From Octopus vulgaris (taxonomy: Eukaryota): a stretch of 64,000 nucleotides of DNA. The stretch covers positions 169,136,001-169,200,000 of the forward strand of contig OX597814.1 in assembly GCA_951406725.2 (NCBI GenBank). Direction: 5' to 3'. This document shows, piece after piece, positions 1 to 12,800 of the stretch (within the stretch, counting starts at the first letter, position 1; the number at the start of each line of letters is the position of its first letter). The translations under genes were made by a program, and so were the position numbers. Below the pieces are notes generated by a model, which saw only the letters and a program-made list of their open reading frames with translations, was not told the DNA's origin and searched no databases.

Positions 1-412
1 GAATTTGTATTCTACGCATGAGAATTCATATGATTAAGCAAAAACCAAAAAAACTTCTGGTGCGTGAATTAAAGCCTATTTAATTGTTATTTTTAACACA
101 TCTCATGCCACATGTGTTTTAAGCATTTAATAAGCAACAAAAAGAGCATATGGTAGGCAGCTTGGTAACAGCTTGTCTTGCTACTATGGAAACAGACACC
201 TATATGTCTGTGGCTTTTGATTGGCTAGAATTACCCAAAAATTGCAAACTTTAAAAGCTATTAACTCTCTATTTATTGATTTATAGCGAAAATGAATTTC
301 ATGTCAATGAAATTGACAAACATTACAAAACTACACCAATACGTCAAATATGAAATCAATTGGAACAAAAATTGAAGAAATTGAAAAGTGGCTGCAAAAT
401 AGAAAAGATCCT

Positions 413-820
413 GTGCCTGCCCCATCGACTTTGTTTCCTCATAATTTTCAGAAAAACGGATATTTTTAAAAGAAATTTCATACCTTTTAGAAGGTGCAAG
501 TTTTGATTATGTCGTGATTTGTTATAAAAAGTGTTTTTTTTCTTTTTTCTTTTTTTTGAGGAGTGACGAGTTATTCACGAGTCGACTTTGTTTCCTCATA
601 ACTTTCAGAAAAATGGATATTTTTTTGAATGAATTATTCTACAAATACCTTTCAGATGGTGTAGATTACGATTACATCGAAATTCAATGTAAAAAGAGAA
701 AAACAAATTGTAGGTGCAAGCACATATATATGAACAAGATAAATCTTCAAATTTTCTAAGATTTCATTAAAAAAAATATTCATTTTTCTAAAGGTTATTA
801 AGAAACAATGCCGGGTAGAC
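413..820. mobile_element. MITE-like DNA element fragment with internal direct and inverted subrepeats
   Basis: Unit TCGACTTTGTTTCCTCATAA(C/T)TTTCAGAAAAA occurs at ~425 and ~582, with a diverged inverted copy at ~770-810. Non-coding. Confidence 0.4.
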
Positions 821-1048
821 AGTACACTTGTGTAGGTATGTCTCGTTTTTATTACTAATTTCGTATTCTTTCATTTAATATCCTTCATTTATACATCTGT
901 GTCCCTCCTCCCAACAAAAGCAGAACAGATTGCTTGTGACCAGCAGTTCTGACTTCTAGTTTCTCAAAAATGGTCTCATCTGATTGGCTGAAATCCCCTC
1001 AAATTTCTGTTTTAAGTCTACAAACTTCTTTAGTTTAAATTTCTGGGG

Positions 1049-1084
<36 letters not shown>

Positions 1085-1090
<6 letters not shown>

Positions 1091-1437
1091 GCATATATGG
1101 GTACAGGACATAAAAAAAAACGTTGTGCACAATGAGAAACGAAAACATAAAAACAAAAACATAGAAACGAACTTTTTTCGAACAACAAAAAACAACACAG
1201 AAACGAGACATGCAACATAAAGAATATTCCTCTTCTTCAGTTGTCCCTGTTTCATCTACTCCATGTTTTGAAGGCAAGGACAATATGCAACTTCATTGAA
1301 ACAGTCCTTCCTGCAAAGCAAATTAAATAAAATTTGGGATTTTTTGTGGACAGTCAAAGAGGTAACAAGAACAGGACAGTGAGAACAAAACAGTAAAAAC
1401 AAATGGTGAGGGCTGTTAAGCCAAGATGATAGAAAAA
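1085..1437 (+). repeat. Unclassified interspersed repeat (family G) beside a (TA)n tract
   Basis: CATGCATATATGGGTACAGGAC...AAATAAAATTTGGGATTTTTTGTGGA is the reverse complement of 28090-28200 and 28600-29010. Confidence 0.7.
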
Positions 1438-1842
1438 TTGTATAGTATATATATATACTATTATGATTTTTGCAATTAGCATAAAAACTACATGTGTAAA
1501 GATTTTTCAAAAAATTTGGATATGGTGTGTGAAACTGAATTTACTTGAAACTAAGGATAAATAAATAAATAATAAAAGGCAGAAAAATTTAGAAGCAAAA
1601 AAGTGGGGATAAGATGAATTAAAATTTTGAAAGGATTTTTGGGGCAAAATTTTAATCTGCACTCTGAGGAAAACCTACATATCCGAAGAAATTCAAAACA
1701 GAAAATAGCAGCAATATTATTCTGTGACATGCCCACCTAGAAGAGGAACACACACACATGCATGCATGTATATAATTAAATGGAGAGAAGAATGAAGACA
1801 TATGTATGCTCATAATACATACTGAAGGGTACCTTGCTGAAT

Positions 1843-2090
1843 GCATCATCATCATCATCATCATCATCATCAATCTCATTTAACGTCCACTTTCCATGCT
1901 GGCATGGGTTAGATGGTTTGACTGAAACTGGTAAGCTGGAGGGCTGCACCAGGTTCCAGTCTGATTTGGCGTGGTTTCTACAGCTGGATGCCCTTCCTAA
2001 TGTCAAACACTCTGAGAGTGTAATGGGTGACTTGTATGTGCCACTGGCATGGGTACTATTTACATGATGCTGGCAACAGCCATGACTACA
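1843..2090 (-). mobile_element. RTE-type 3' tail fragment ending in (GAT)n
   Basis: (CAT)n then TTTAACGTCCACTTTCCATGCTGGCATGGGTT...CAGCTGGATGCCCTTCCTAA, the same motif as the LINE 3' end at 29051-29230. Confidence 0.8.
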
Positions 2091-2198
2091 ATTACACTGT
2101 AAAGCAAAAATAAAAATTTAATCCCTGTTAAAGCCTTCGACTTTTATAACTCAGCTGATTCAATACTCAGAGATTCAATACAATTTAAATTATTTTAA

Positions 2199-3034
2199 CC
2201 CCTTAATGGATTATCCCGAGTTAACTTGTGCATCGCAAATGTATCCTTCTCGAACCAGACGAGTATACTCGGTCAAAATTAACTTTTAATCTTAGCACTC
2301 AAACGAGTTTATTTGTTTTGTGTCATTTCATTTTTGAGCAATCACGAATTTGCTCGCGTTGTTTAAAAAAAATATGTATATTTTCATTTGATAGATTTGG
2401 CTATCTGGAATGCTTATGTTTTGTATAAAGCATCTTTGGAAACTTCAGCTTCTGCTATGAAACCACTGAAATTTAGAATGCAAATAGTCACCTATATTAT
2501 TGGAAAATATAGGCCCTTATTGCCTTCCACGAAATCAGAAAGACCATCATCAAGATTTGCCCCAGCAGGTCACTTTTCCATGGAAATAACACAAAATGAT
2601 TAGAAAAAGAACCCTACAAGACAGTGTGCAAAATGCGCAGAGAAGAGAGACGCTAAAGGAAAGAAGATTCGAAGAGAAAGTAGATACATGTGTGATGTCT
2701 GCAAGATAAATTTGTGTGTATCTCCTTGTTTTAAAAATTATCATTCTAAATAAACTGTCTATCTCATTTTTAAAAGATTTTCCTTTGATTTAAAAGCAAT
2801 ACATCTTATAAAAAGTTGAAGATAATTAAGTTATATGTATTTTTTCAATGTCCGAGTTAACTCATTTAAATCCAAATGAGTAAAAGTACATTTTAATTTC
2901 TATAATAAAAAAATAAAGGAAACAAGGTAAAAACTTTTTTTTGTAATTAACACAGTGTATATAATTAAAAAAGGAAATAAAAAAATATGCTCTGAAATGA
3001 AATGCCATGTCAAAATAATTGATTCATTAAGGGG
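2199..3034 (+). mobile_element. Non-autonomous piggyBac deletion derivative
   Basis: TTAA at 2195-2198 and 3035-3038. TIRs CCCCTTAATG/CATTAAGGGG. Motif CCGAGTTAACT at ~2216 and ~2852. Internal transposase C-terminus. Confidence 0.9.
2370..2753 (+). pseudogene. piggyBac transposase C-terminal fragment with Cys-rich domain
   Basis: FHLIDLAIWNAYVLY...KFRMQIV...GHF, in-frame TAG at 2601-2603, then RQCAKC...SRYMCDVCKINLCVSPCFKNYH and stop at 2751-2753. Confidence 0.88.
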
Positions 3035-3314
3035 TTAATCAAATTGAAGGACAGTAGTAAAAGAACAAATTTACTTTTATTTTTCTTGGATTCTAATAAA
3101 TAGATTTTGCTGATATATTTCTCAACTTTGATGCATTAAACACATTGGATAATAATTGAACTTACTTGTCTCATGAATAAAATAACTTGATTAATTTCAT
3201 TAATTAATTATGCATTATACAGAGTCTATTGGATTATCAGAAATTTTTAAATGTTACCAACAAAGGCACAGCTATGCAAATTAGATTATCCCCTTTCACT
3301 GACTCCTGGTTTCT

Positions 3315-3710
3315 CATCATCATCATCATCATAATTTTAATGTCCATTTCTTTTCCATGCTTGCATGGGTTGGACAGAGTTTATTGATGCAGATTTTCTA
3401 TGGTAGAATGCCCTTCCTGTTGCCAGCTCTTACCAATTTGCAAGCAAAATAATATTTCCAATGGCCGGACATGTTTTCATAGAATATTAGAAATGAATGA
3501 CTTTCATTTACAACAACTGCGTGATGTCAAGATGAGGACACACACACACACACACGTACATACAGTACAGGCTTCTTTCAGTTTCCATCTACCAAACCCA
3601 TTCATAAGGCTTTGATTGGCCTTGGGCTATAGTAGAAGATACTTGTCCAAAGTGCCATCTAGTTGAGCTGGACCTGAAACCATGTAAAACTTCATAATCA
3701 CACACCTTTG
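3315..3710 (-). mobile_element. Old SINE (family F): family-A-like head plus RTE-like (GAT)n tail
   Basis: Head region resembles family A and the tail resembles the RTE tail (AGGAAGGGCAT...CCAACCCATGC...GATGATG). Related pieces at 9040-9280, 27520-27870, 43320-44210 and 52755-53190. Confidence 0.65.
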
Positions 3711-4321
3711 TATGCACAGTATAAATGGATATAATCTAATCAGTCTCTCTGAAGTTAGAAAATGTCGGTCCTTGTTTCCCATTCAGTCTCCAAATTGAGA
3801 TGAAACTAGTCAGTAAAATACACAAGGTTTTCTGTCCACGGAGAGAATAAAAGCAATTTTTTTTTTACAGTTGTTCGCATTAGTCACAACAATTTCAAAA
3901 TTATAGGAGTACCCAATAAAAACTCTATAATGCATAATCAAAAGAAAAAGAAAAATGAAAAATGAAAAGAACTGGCAAAATCAGATTTAGCCAGAAACCT
4001 GGCACTAAAATGAAACTGAACTCGGAAATAATTATAGTGGTTTATTATTTCTATACAGACACCAACCTATTTTATGACAAGAGGTTGTATGCGGTGAATG
4101 GATGACCGCCAATTAGATAAGCTCTCTCCAAAACAAGGCTGTGTGACTTGAAACTCAAAGAAGATTCTTGTGTTATGCTTCCTTAATATCTGCATATACA
4201 ACACTTTCAATCATTTCCACTTGAGTGGCATGTTTGGGGATTCACCAAATGCATTGGCTCATTACAGCATGTCACTGAATTATTAATTAATTAATTAATT
4301 AATTAATTAATTAATATTAGT

Positions 4322-4776
4322 AATGGTTTCAAATTTTGGTACAAGACCATTGAGTTCAGAGAAGGGTTTTAGTCGATTACATCAACCCCCTAGACCTCAA
4401 CTGGTACTTGTTTTATTGGCCCTGAAAGGATGAAAGGCAAAGTCAACCTCAGTGGAATTTGAACTTGGGACATAAAGGTGGATGAAATACTACTAAGCAT
4501 TTTCCCTGGAATGCTAACAGTTATGTCAGCTCACCACCTTAATAAATCTTAATAATCCCTTCTACTGAAGGCACAAGGCCCGAAATTTTGGAGGAGAGGA
4601 TTAGTTGATTACATCGACCCCAGTATTTTACTGGTACATAATTTATTGACCCTGAAAGGATGAAAGACAAAGTTGGCCTCAGTGGAATTTGAACTCAGAG
4701 CATAAAGATGGATAAAATTAAGATACTGCGAAGCAGTTTGCCTGATGTGCTAATGATTCTGCCAGCTCACTGCTTT
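4322..4776 (-). mobile_element. Two tandem SINE family B copies (tRNA-like head plus Nin/Deu-like domain)
   Basis: Each contains the reverse complement of GAGTTCAAATTCC..GAGGTCGACTTTGCCTTTCATCCTTTC..GATAAA..AAGTACCAG. Copies at ~4322-4540 and ~4553-4776. Confidence 0.8.
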
Positions 4777-5671
4777 AATTAATCTTAATAATACAAGAAA
4801 CTTAATGGTACTTTTAGTACCAATTGTTGCTATGCAAATAGCTACAGATATTCGTTTCGGTCAGATCAGCAATGTTAGGTCTTCTATGATTCTCACAGGT
4901 GCTTACTGTCTGAAAGATTCAGCTGTCTTTGCAATAAATAATTTGAAAAAAATTAAAATTTGTGTCATTTTATTCCAAGTTTTAACCACTGGCTGATGTT
5001 GATTTTTGCTGAGTTAGTTTGTTCATTTTCTGAATACTGATAGTGAGAGATTACCTAACTACTTATAGAGGAAAGGTCTAACTATTATAATTTGTTACGT
5101 AATTTACAGCTTCTAAGCCATTATCTTCTAGATTTAATCTTCTAAATGTCTCAAAATAGTTTACTAGCAGGTAAGTAACATTGAGCTTAAAATAAATTAA
5201 CAAATACTGAAACCTTTGTATTCATTTTGAATATCTCTCCACCATAACATGCAAGTTCTTCAAATATACAGCTGGATCATCATCATTTAGCATCTGTTTT
5301 CCATGCTGGCATGGGTAGAATGGTTTGACAAGGTCTGTCAAGCCACAGGGCTGTGTCATATCCCATTGTCCATTTTGGCATGGTTTCTATGGTTGGATGT
5401 CCTTGTGTGATTTTTTTTTTTTTTGTGACACCAGCACTTGTGGGGTTACCTAGTAATTTGCAAGACAAAGAAAAGAAAGGAAAAAGAAATCCCTTAACTG
5501 AGTGGGAGTGTATTTGAGAGAGGTAGAGGTGGCTTTATGCTAGAAGTTGAAGGTTAAAGTATGATTGAGGGACAAACAGGTGTCTTGCTCTAGAGGAGAT
5601 ACATAGTTACCTTACATTATGTGAGAGTAGGTAAAAGTAGCTGGAAGGGGGATAAGGGATAAAGATGGTTG

Positions 5672-6003
5672 TCATTATCATTGTTCTCCCGTGGTCGAGA
5701 CAATGGAATTTACTATGTTACGCTAGACTTCACGGTCCATCATAGCATTACGGAGGTCCTGTTGCTGGATGCCTGTATATCCCTGGAAATTACATCAGTG
5801 TAGGAGAGTGTGCACCCTTTGGTATCGCGAGCAGTTGGCTTCCAGAGGAGAAGTGGAGAAATTACCTCGTTTTCAGCTCTACAACAATGTCCAGCAAACT
5901 GGACTCTCCTACCTTTCACAAGAGATGACACAGGTGGTAGTTTTCCATATATTTGTACTTTGGTTGGATGACACTTCCACGAGAGATTTTGAGCTCTCAT
6001 AAG
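5672..6003 (-). mobile_element. 3' end of a second RTE-like LINE (5'-truncated, frameshifted)
   Basis: LMRAQNLSWKCHPTKVQIYGKLPPVSSLVKGRRVQFAGHCCR...LLLWKP...YTDVISRD, then shifted LRNAMMDREV: typical RTE ORF C-terminus. Confidence 0.75.
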
Positions 6004-6666
6004 ATGGTTGTGATGGGTTCCAGAGTGTCCTTTCAATGTACAAGAAGGAGAATACAGATGGTGGATCAGAAGGGAAGGATCCATAAAAATAATTATAATT
6101 TGATAAAATGGTTAGGGTTTTACTTTTGGGCTCCTTTTGTAACTTATGCTACAGGTCCTGCATCAGCTTAATCCCTCTTTGGGGTGAATGCATATGTTAA
6201 ATATCTATTGCCTGTGCCTTAAAGTGCATGCTGTAATCTTTATTAGAGCATGTATATTTAAACTTGTATAAATTGAGTTACAAAGATGTATATACATACT
6301 TCTCACTGTAAATTCTAGCTATTTAAGTAAAATGAGTGTATGTGTGTATTGTGTGTGTGTTTCTGCATGTGTATATGTGTGTGTTTCTGTGTGTGCATAT
6401 GTATACATATTTGTATATGTATGTACATGGGGGAGGGGACATTTGTATTTATTGAAATGATGGAGGCAGGTGTTATATACCATATTTGCTGCTGTATAAG
6501 AAGCATCTTAGCACAAAACACTTCTAATTTACAAGGATATTTTGCATGACCGCCCACCCCCCACAATAGATTATTTCAGTATGTTTTCTATTGAAAGTGA
6601 TTTTTGAAGAGAAAACATGATTTTGTGCATGTAAACGTGGTATATATTTTGAAATCAAGTGCAAAT

Positions 6667-6670
6667 CATA

Positions 6671-6704
<34 letters not shown>

Positions 6705-6918
6705 CATAAATACATAATGCATACATGCATACATACATTCATACATACATACATTCATACATACATACATACATTCATACATACATATATATACATACAT
6801 ACATACACACATAGATACATACATACATACATACATACATACATACATACATACATACATACATACATACATACATAAATACATACATACATTCATACAT
6901 ACATCACTTACATATATC

Positions 6919-6951
<33 letters not shown>

Positions 6952-7138
6952 CATACACACATAGATACATACATACATACATACATACATACATACATAC
7001 ATACATACATACATACATACATACATACATACATACATACATTCATACATACATCACTTACATATATCATTTACATACATACATACATACATACATAAAT
7101 ACATACATACATTCATACATACATCACTTGCATATATC

Positions 7139-7171
<33 letters not shown>

Positions 7172-7429
7172 CATACATACATACATACATACACACATAG
7201 ATACATACATACATACATACATACATACATACATACATAAATACATACATACATTCATACATACATCACTTACATATATCATTTACATACATACATACAT
7301 ACATACATAAATACATACATACATTCATACATACATCACTTACATATATACATACATTACATACATATATACATACATACATACATACATACATACATAC
7401 ATACATACATACATACATACATACATACA

Positions 7430-7463
<34 letters not shown>

Positions 7464-7478
7464 CATGCATACATATAA
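6667..7478. repeat. (TACA)n microsatellite with higher-order structure
   Basis: About 800 bp of TACA, interrupted five times by ATTCATACATACATCACTT(A/G)CATATAT. Source of the spurious MYVC/YIHT ORFs. Confidence 0.95.
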
Positions 7479-8120
7479 AGTAACAGTGTAACATCTTACT
7501 AGCCTTGAAAAGAAAAATTTAATTTACTATTTATGAAAAATATCATACATTGGTATTTTTTAATACTGGTACATGCAGACAAAGAAAATATATTGGTAAA
7601 AACATGTCACAGAGCAAGCAGTAAAGTACAATAAACCTGAATGAATTTCTATAAATAACAAACAGGCTGACAGAGCAAGTACATATTTTATCAATATTAG
7701 TACAAATGGAGTAAAAGTAAACAACAAAGTAAATATAAAAAAAAGGAAAAAAATGCATTCTAATAGAATCTGGTGTTTCAGTGAATAGTGCAGGCTTCAT
7801 AGTAAATATAGTGATACAATAAATATTAACAGAAGAAAAGTATCATGAACACCAACCAAAGCTTTGTGAGTGGATTTGGTAGGCAGAAGCTGAGAGAAAC
7901 CTCACATATCATTAATAATCGATCAAGTATGACTTTCTAGTTTCTCTTTCTGGGGAGCACCTATAGCTCCCCCTGTATATATCCAAAAATCAGACATTTA
8001 GTTATGTATATGTCTATATATATTAACTAATACTTCCTTCAGTTATTGGCCTGCGACCATACTGGAGCATCTAATTATAGCATTACTCTTGCTATGGGCA
8101 AATGTTTCCAAGGGACCTTT

Positions 8121-8721
8121 TGGCTGTGTGTTAAGTAGCTTGCTTACCAACCACATGGTTCCGGGTTCAGTCCCACTGCGTGGCATCTTGGGCAAGTGTC
8201 TTCTGCTATAGCCTCGCGCCAACCAAAGCCTTGTGAGTGGATTTGGTAGACGGAAATTGAAAGAAGCCCGTCGTATTTATATATATAACTGTGCGGGTGG
8301 CACGTAAAAAGCACCCACTACACTCACGGAGTGGTTGGCGTTAGGAAGGGCATCCAGCCGTAGAAACACTACCAGATCTGACTGGGCCTGATGAAGCCTT
8401 CCAGCTTCACAGACCCCAGTTGAACCGTCCAACCCATGCTAGCATGGAAAACGGACGCTAAATGATGATGATGATGATGATATATATATATATGTATATG
8501 TTTGTGTATCTGTGTTTGTCCCTTCAACATTGCTTGACAACCGATGCTGGTGTGTTTACGTCCCTGTAACTTAGCGGTTCGACAAAAGAGACCAATACAA
8601 TAAGTACTAAGCTTACAGGCTTACAAAGAATAAGCCCTGGGGTTGATTTGCTCGACTAAAGGCGATGCTCCAGCATGGCCACAGTAAAATGACAGAAACA
8701 AGTAAAAGAGTAAAAGAGTAT
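8121..8721 (+). mobile_element. SINE family A with an RTE tail fragment (8290-8481) nested in its central microsatellite
   Basis: A/B-box-like TGGCTGTGTG and GGTTCAGTCCC, CORE-like CTTGGGCAAGTGTCTT, tail (GTAAAAGA)n. Insert is GGTGGCACGTAAAAAGCACC...GATGATG. Confidence 0.85.
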
Positions 8722-8732
8722 AGTAAAAAAAA

Positions 8733-8971
8733 AAAGGTGGGGAGCTGGCAGAAATGTTAGTACACCGGGTGAAATGCTTAGCAGTATTTCGTCTGCCGCT
8801 ATGTTCTAAGTCCAAATTCTGCCGAGGTCAACTTTGCCTTTCATCCTTTCGGGATCTATCAAATAAGTACCAGTTACACACTGGGGTCGATATAATCGAC
8901 TTAATCTGTTTGTCTATCCCTGTTTGTCCCCTCTGTGTGTAGCCCCTTGTGGGCAGTAAAGAAATAAGAAA
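8733..8971 (+). mobile_element. SINE family B, full length
   Basis: AAGGTGGGGAGCTGGCAGAA head, Nin/Deu-like core, tail AGCCCCTTGTGGGCAGTAAAGAAATAAGAAA. Confidence 0.85.
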
Positions 8972-9414
8972 CTGAGAGAAACATGTCGCACCCATGTGCG
9001 CATGTGTGTGTGTGTGTGTGTGTATGTGTGTGCGCATGTGAGCTTGTATGAGTGTGTCACTTTGTGTTTCTATGTCTTGATATTGTATGATTTTTGTTAA
9101 ATGAATGTCACTCATTTCCAGTATTCTGAGGAAACATACCTGACCAGCCACACGGAATTATTATCTTCTTTGGAAGCAGGTATGGGTTGGTGATAGTAAG
9201 GTCATTTGGCTGTAGAAAATCTGCCTCAATATACTCTGACCCATACAGGTATAGAAAAATGGATGTTAGAATGATGATGGTTTGGATTATCTTAATATGC
9301 AAAAACCTAAGAAATCATCATCTTCAGAATTCAGTAAACCAATATACTCAGAACCTGAACTCTCATTTTCATTACTGGCATCCATAATTACACACTCCAC
9401 CTGTATTTCTTTGC

Positions 9415-9740
9415 ATTAGGATCTGGTTCATCAATATTTTCTTAAAATAATAAGTCAACCACAATACTATCAGAAGCGTTACTAATGTTATAATTTTCTT
9501 TTTTTTTTTTTTTTTCAACTATTTTATAATTACCTTTTTTATAGCATTCCATGAACTTTTTCCTCAGTCACACACCTGCGTAATAAGCCTCTTCCTTCTT
9601 CCAACAAGTGTCATTTCAAAATCTGCAGCTTGCATCTGTATGTTCCACTCTTCCTTCAAGAACCTTTGAAATGGTTTATTGGTTCGAGATACATAAAAGC
9701 TACAAGTAACTGGTCAGATCTGGTATTACAGTTAACTCAG
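9415..9740 (-). pseudogene. Decayed pogo/Tigger-type DDE transposase C-terminus
   Basis: Hand translation across frameshifts gives LTVIPDLTSYL..NKPF..FLKEEWNIQMQAADFEMTLVGRRKR..QVCD..SWNAIKK..ISNASD, matching the pogo pattern VIPGGLTSQLQPLDVSVNKPFK...CGISN. Confidence 0.65.
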
Positions 9741-9741
9741 C

Positions 9742-10457
9742 CGGTGGAACTCTGCTTTAAGCTCCTCATATAATCCCTCATAACTTTTATTTTTTAGGAG
9801 TTTTCAGAAAATTTTTGCGAATTTGTTTTCTGCACATGGGAATTAATATGATTATGCAACCCCTATCCCAAATCTTTTGTGTGTGATTTTGTGTGTTATT
9901 TAGCTGTTATTTTTAGCATGATCACTTGATAGCTTCCTTGTTCCTTTGTCACTCTGATGTATTGATGTTTTTCAATATCTTTCTCCCCATAAACACATTT
10001 AACCCTTTTGATACCAAACCAACTGAAACCACCTCTGGCTCTGTAGCACAAATGTCTTGTTTTCATAAGTTTTTTCAATTAAAATCTTCCACCAAAACTT
10101 AGTCACAATTTATGTTCTTAACACTAACTTAATGATAATGAAGTTATTTTACTAAATTCTTAGTTATATTTAAGATTAATTGAAAGAAACACAGAGCATC
10201 TCAAAATAAATACGGTAACGAAAGGGTTAGTGGTCTTTTACTGGGATTTAAGTAAAAATTTCAGACTGTCTTAAAAAAAAAATTGAAAATCCCCTAAAGC
10301 AAAAATCTTTTTAAAATTCGAAAAATTAATAACATTTTTTTTCATAGTCATATGAATTCCTGTGTGTAGAACACAAATATGCAAAAGTTTCTGAAAATAT
10401 CAAAAACTAAAAAAGTTATGAGGAGTTAAATGGCATGCTTAAAGCAGAGTTATACCA
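9742..10457. mobile_element. MITE with ~110 bp imperfect TIRs
   Basis: 9748-9860 (AACTCTGCTTTAAGC...CTCATAACTTTT...TATGATTATG) is the inverted match of 10340-10452. Window bases 1-35 match the inner part of the TIR. Confidence 0.7.
10003..10226. mobile_element. piggyBac-type MITE nested in the previous MITE
   Basis: TTAA-CCCTTTTGATACC ... CGGTAACGAAAGGG-TTAG. A second interrupted copy begins TTAA-CCCTTTTGATACC at 10490. Confidence 0.7.
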
Positions 10458-11349
10458 TTCTGTCTTCATTTGTCCAACTCTCCTTTTAACCCTTTTGATA
10501 CCAACCCACCGGAGATTGCTTCTAGATCTATAATACAAATTTCATGTATTAAAATTATCTAAATTAAGAACTTCCATCAAAATTTCAAGTTAGTCTATGT
10601 TCCAAACACCAGCTGATCCTTTCTACGAAAGGCACAAAGCCTGAAATCTTTGTGGGAAAGGGACCAGTTGATTACATCAACCCCAGTGATTCACTGGTAC
10701 TTAATTTATCAACCCCAAAAGGATGAAAGGTAAAGTCGACCTCGGTGGAGTTTGAATTCAGAACATTAAAACACCAGCTTAATAATGACAGTTATTTTAC
10801 CATATTCTATTTTTTTTTCTCTTGTTTCAGCTCAGAGCTGTGGCCATGCTGGTGCACCACCATTAAATAATGCTGTTGTTTGTTCCTTCTCGAGCCAGGC
10901 TCATAAGGGCCAGTTTCCTTAGCTCTCAATTATTTTCAAAATGAATTGACGCAAAGATGTTTCAATTAATTTCGCTTCATCCTTCTATCTAGCCATCGCA
11001 GTCCTTCTGATATCATCACACTCTCTTCTGAACCCCTTCGTGGTCACATATGTGAATGTCCATACCCTAGGTTAGTAAGTACTCTTGATACTTATACAGT
11101 TGCTCCTCTCACCCATTTCTGGTATTGCTCTACTGTTGTTTCCCCTCTCTAGTCTACATGTCTTAGTTTACAATGTAAACTCTATATTGTCCTGTGTACA
11201 AAACATCATTCTTCTTGCGCTGGTATCATAATGGAAAGCTGAAAATTGTGCTTTGAGTGAATGATGGGTAAGACAATCTCTCAAGTGATGGGCACATTTT
11301 TGTGCCCAGTACACATGGAAAAGTGGTTAGGAAATGAGCAGAGAATGCA

Positions 11350-11539
11350 TAGGTGTAGGAGTGGCTGTGTGGTAAGTAGCTTGCTTACAAACCACAAGGT
11401 TCCAGGTTTAGTACAACTGCGTGGCTCCTTGAGCAAGTGTCTTCTAATATAGCCTTGGGCTGACCAAAGTCTTGTGAGTGGATTTGGTAGATGGAAACTG
11501 AAAGAAGCCCGTTGTATATATGTATATATATATGTATAC

Positions 11540-11571
<32 letters not shown>

Positions 11572-11783
11572 GTTTGTGTATCTGTGTTTTTCACCCCAAC
11601 AATGCTTGACAACCGATGCTGGTGTATTTACGTCCCCGTAACTTAGAGGTTCGGCAAAAGAAACTGATAGAATAGATACTAGGCTTACAAAGAATAAGTC
11701 CTGGGGTCGATTTGCTCGACTAAATGTGGTGCTCCAGCATGGCCACAGTCAAATGAGTGAAACAAGTAAAACAGTAAAAGAGT
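11350..11783 (+). mobile_element. SINE family A, full length
   Basis: TAGGAGTGGCTGTGTGGTAAG head, central (TA)/(TG) tract, tail GAAACAAGTAAAACAGTAAAAGAG. Confidence 0.88.
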
Positions 11784-12800
11784 ACTCTGTGGTCCCTTCA
11801 TTCAACTTCCCAAATCTTGGTAACATGAGAAAACACTTAGTACACTCTATAAAGTGGCTGGTTGTAGGAAGGACATCTATCTGGATGTAAAACCTAGTCA
11901 AATGGCATATCTGAACATCCAGCTACAGGAGAAGCAGCTACCGTTAAGAAATTACTTACACTGTGATGACCTAGACTGAAATGATGTTGGTTTTCATAGC
12001 CTTCCTATCTCCACTCCTGCTTACTCTTCTCCAATGCATTCATATCTTCTCACCTCCTTAACTCTTTATTCTGACTGGTGTGTGTGTGTGTGTTTCAAGT
12101 TGTTAGCAAGTGTTGTGCATCAAGATGGTTGAAAGTTTGCATAGGGACGCATCTGTTGAAGGAAAAGGCTGTGGCCTGTGTAATTTTTTCTGATAACTTT
12201 ACAAAAAATTTTAGTTTAATAATAATGAATGTGTATTTAATACAGAAGAATGTTTGAACTTTCTGCAATGGAAACGGAAAAACGAGAGAGAGTAAACATG
12301 AATATATTTAAGTGGTAGTTGGTGGTGAGAAAACAATTATAATCAATTGTATTCTATATTGATGTTCACTGCCCATTTTAGTGTAAATATAGGAATCTTT
12401 TCTTTTTTTTTTTTGTATGTATATAAATATAGAAAAATGTTTTTGAATATATATATTTTCTATGAACAAAAATTGATTTTGTAAATTGAAAAATTTTTCA
12501 GTGTGGCTAAGGCAACTTTATTTTGGAAATTGGAATAGTCTATATTTAAATACAAGAGATGAGAGAAAAAAGAAAAAAAAAAACGTTTTATGATGTTGAA
12601 TTGGTTTTATTTCATATCCGTTTCTATGTCACTCATGTATATTGTCATTTAAGAAAAAACTGTTTGTTTCATTCCTCTAAAACATTTTTGTATATGTGTA
12701 TAAATATGTCAGTGAGGTGATGAGGAAAAACAATTATGATTAATTGTAATTTTGTGTTGGTGTTCATTGAATTCTGATTATATTGTCTGCAGATGTTTTA

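Noticed and set aside
5110-5176. AG...CAG|GTAAGT micro-exon (similar donor at 22867-22875)
   Set aside because: All three frames are closed from the acceptor, and such sites are expected by chance in 64 kb.
6524-7466. MYVC/YIHT, poly-I, poly-Y and CV-repeat ORFs here and at 18281-18990, 57490-57949 and 60159-60872
   Set aside because: Translations of microsatellites.
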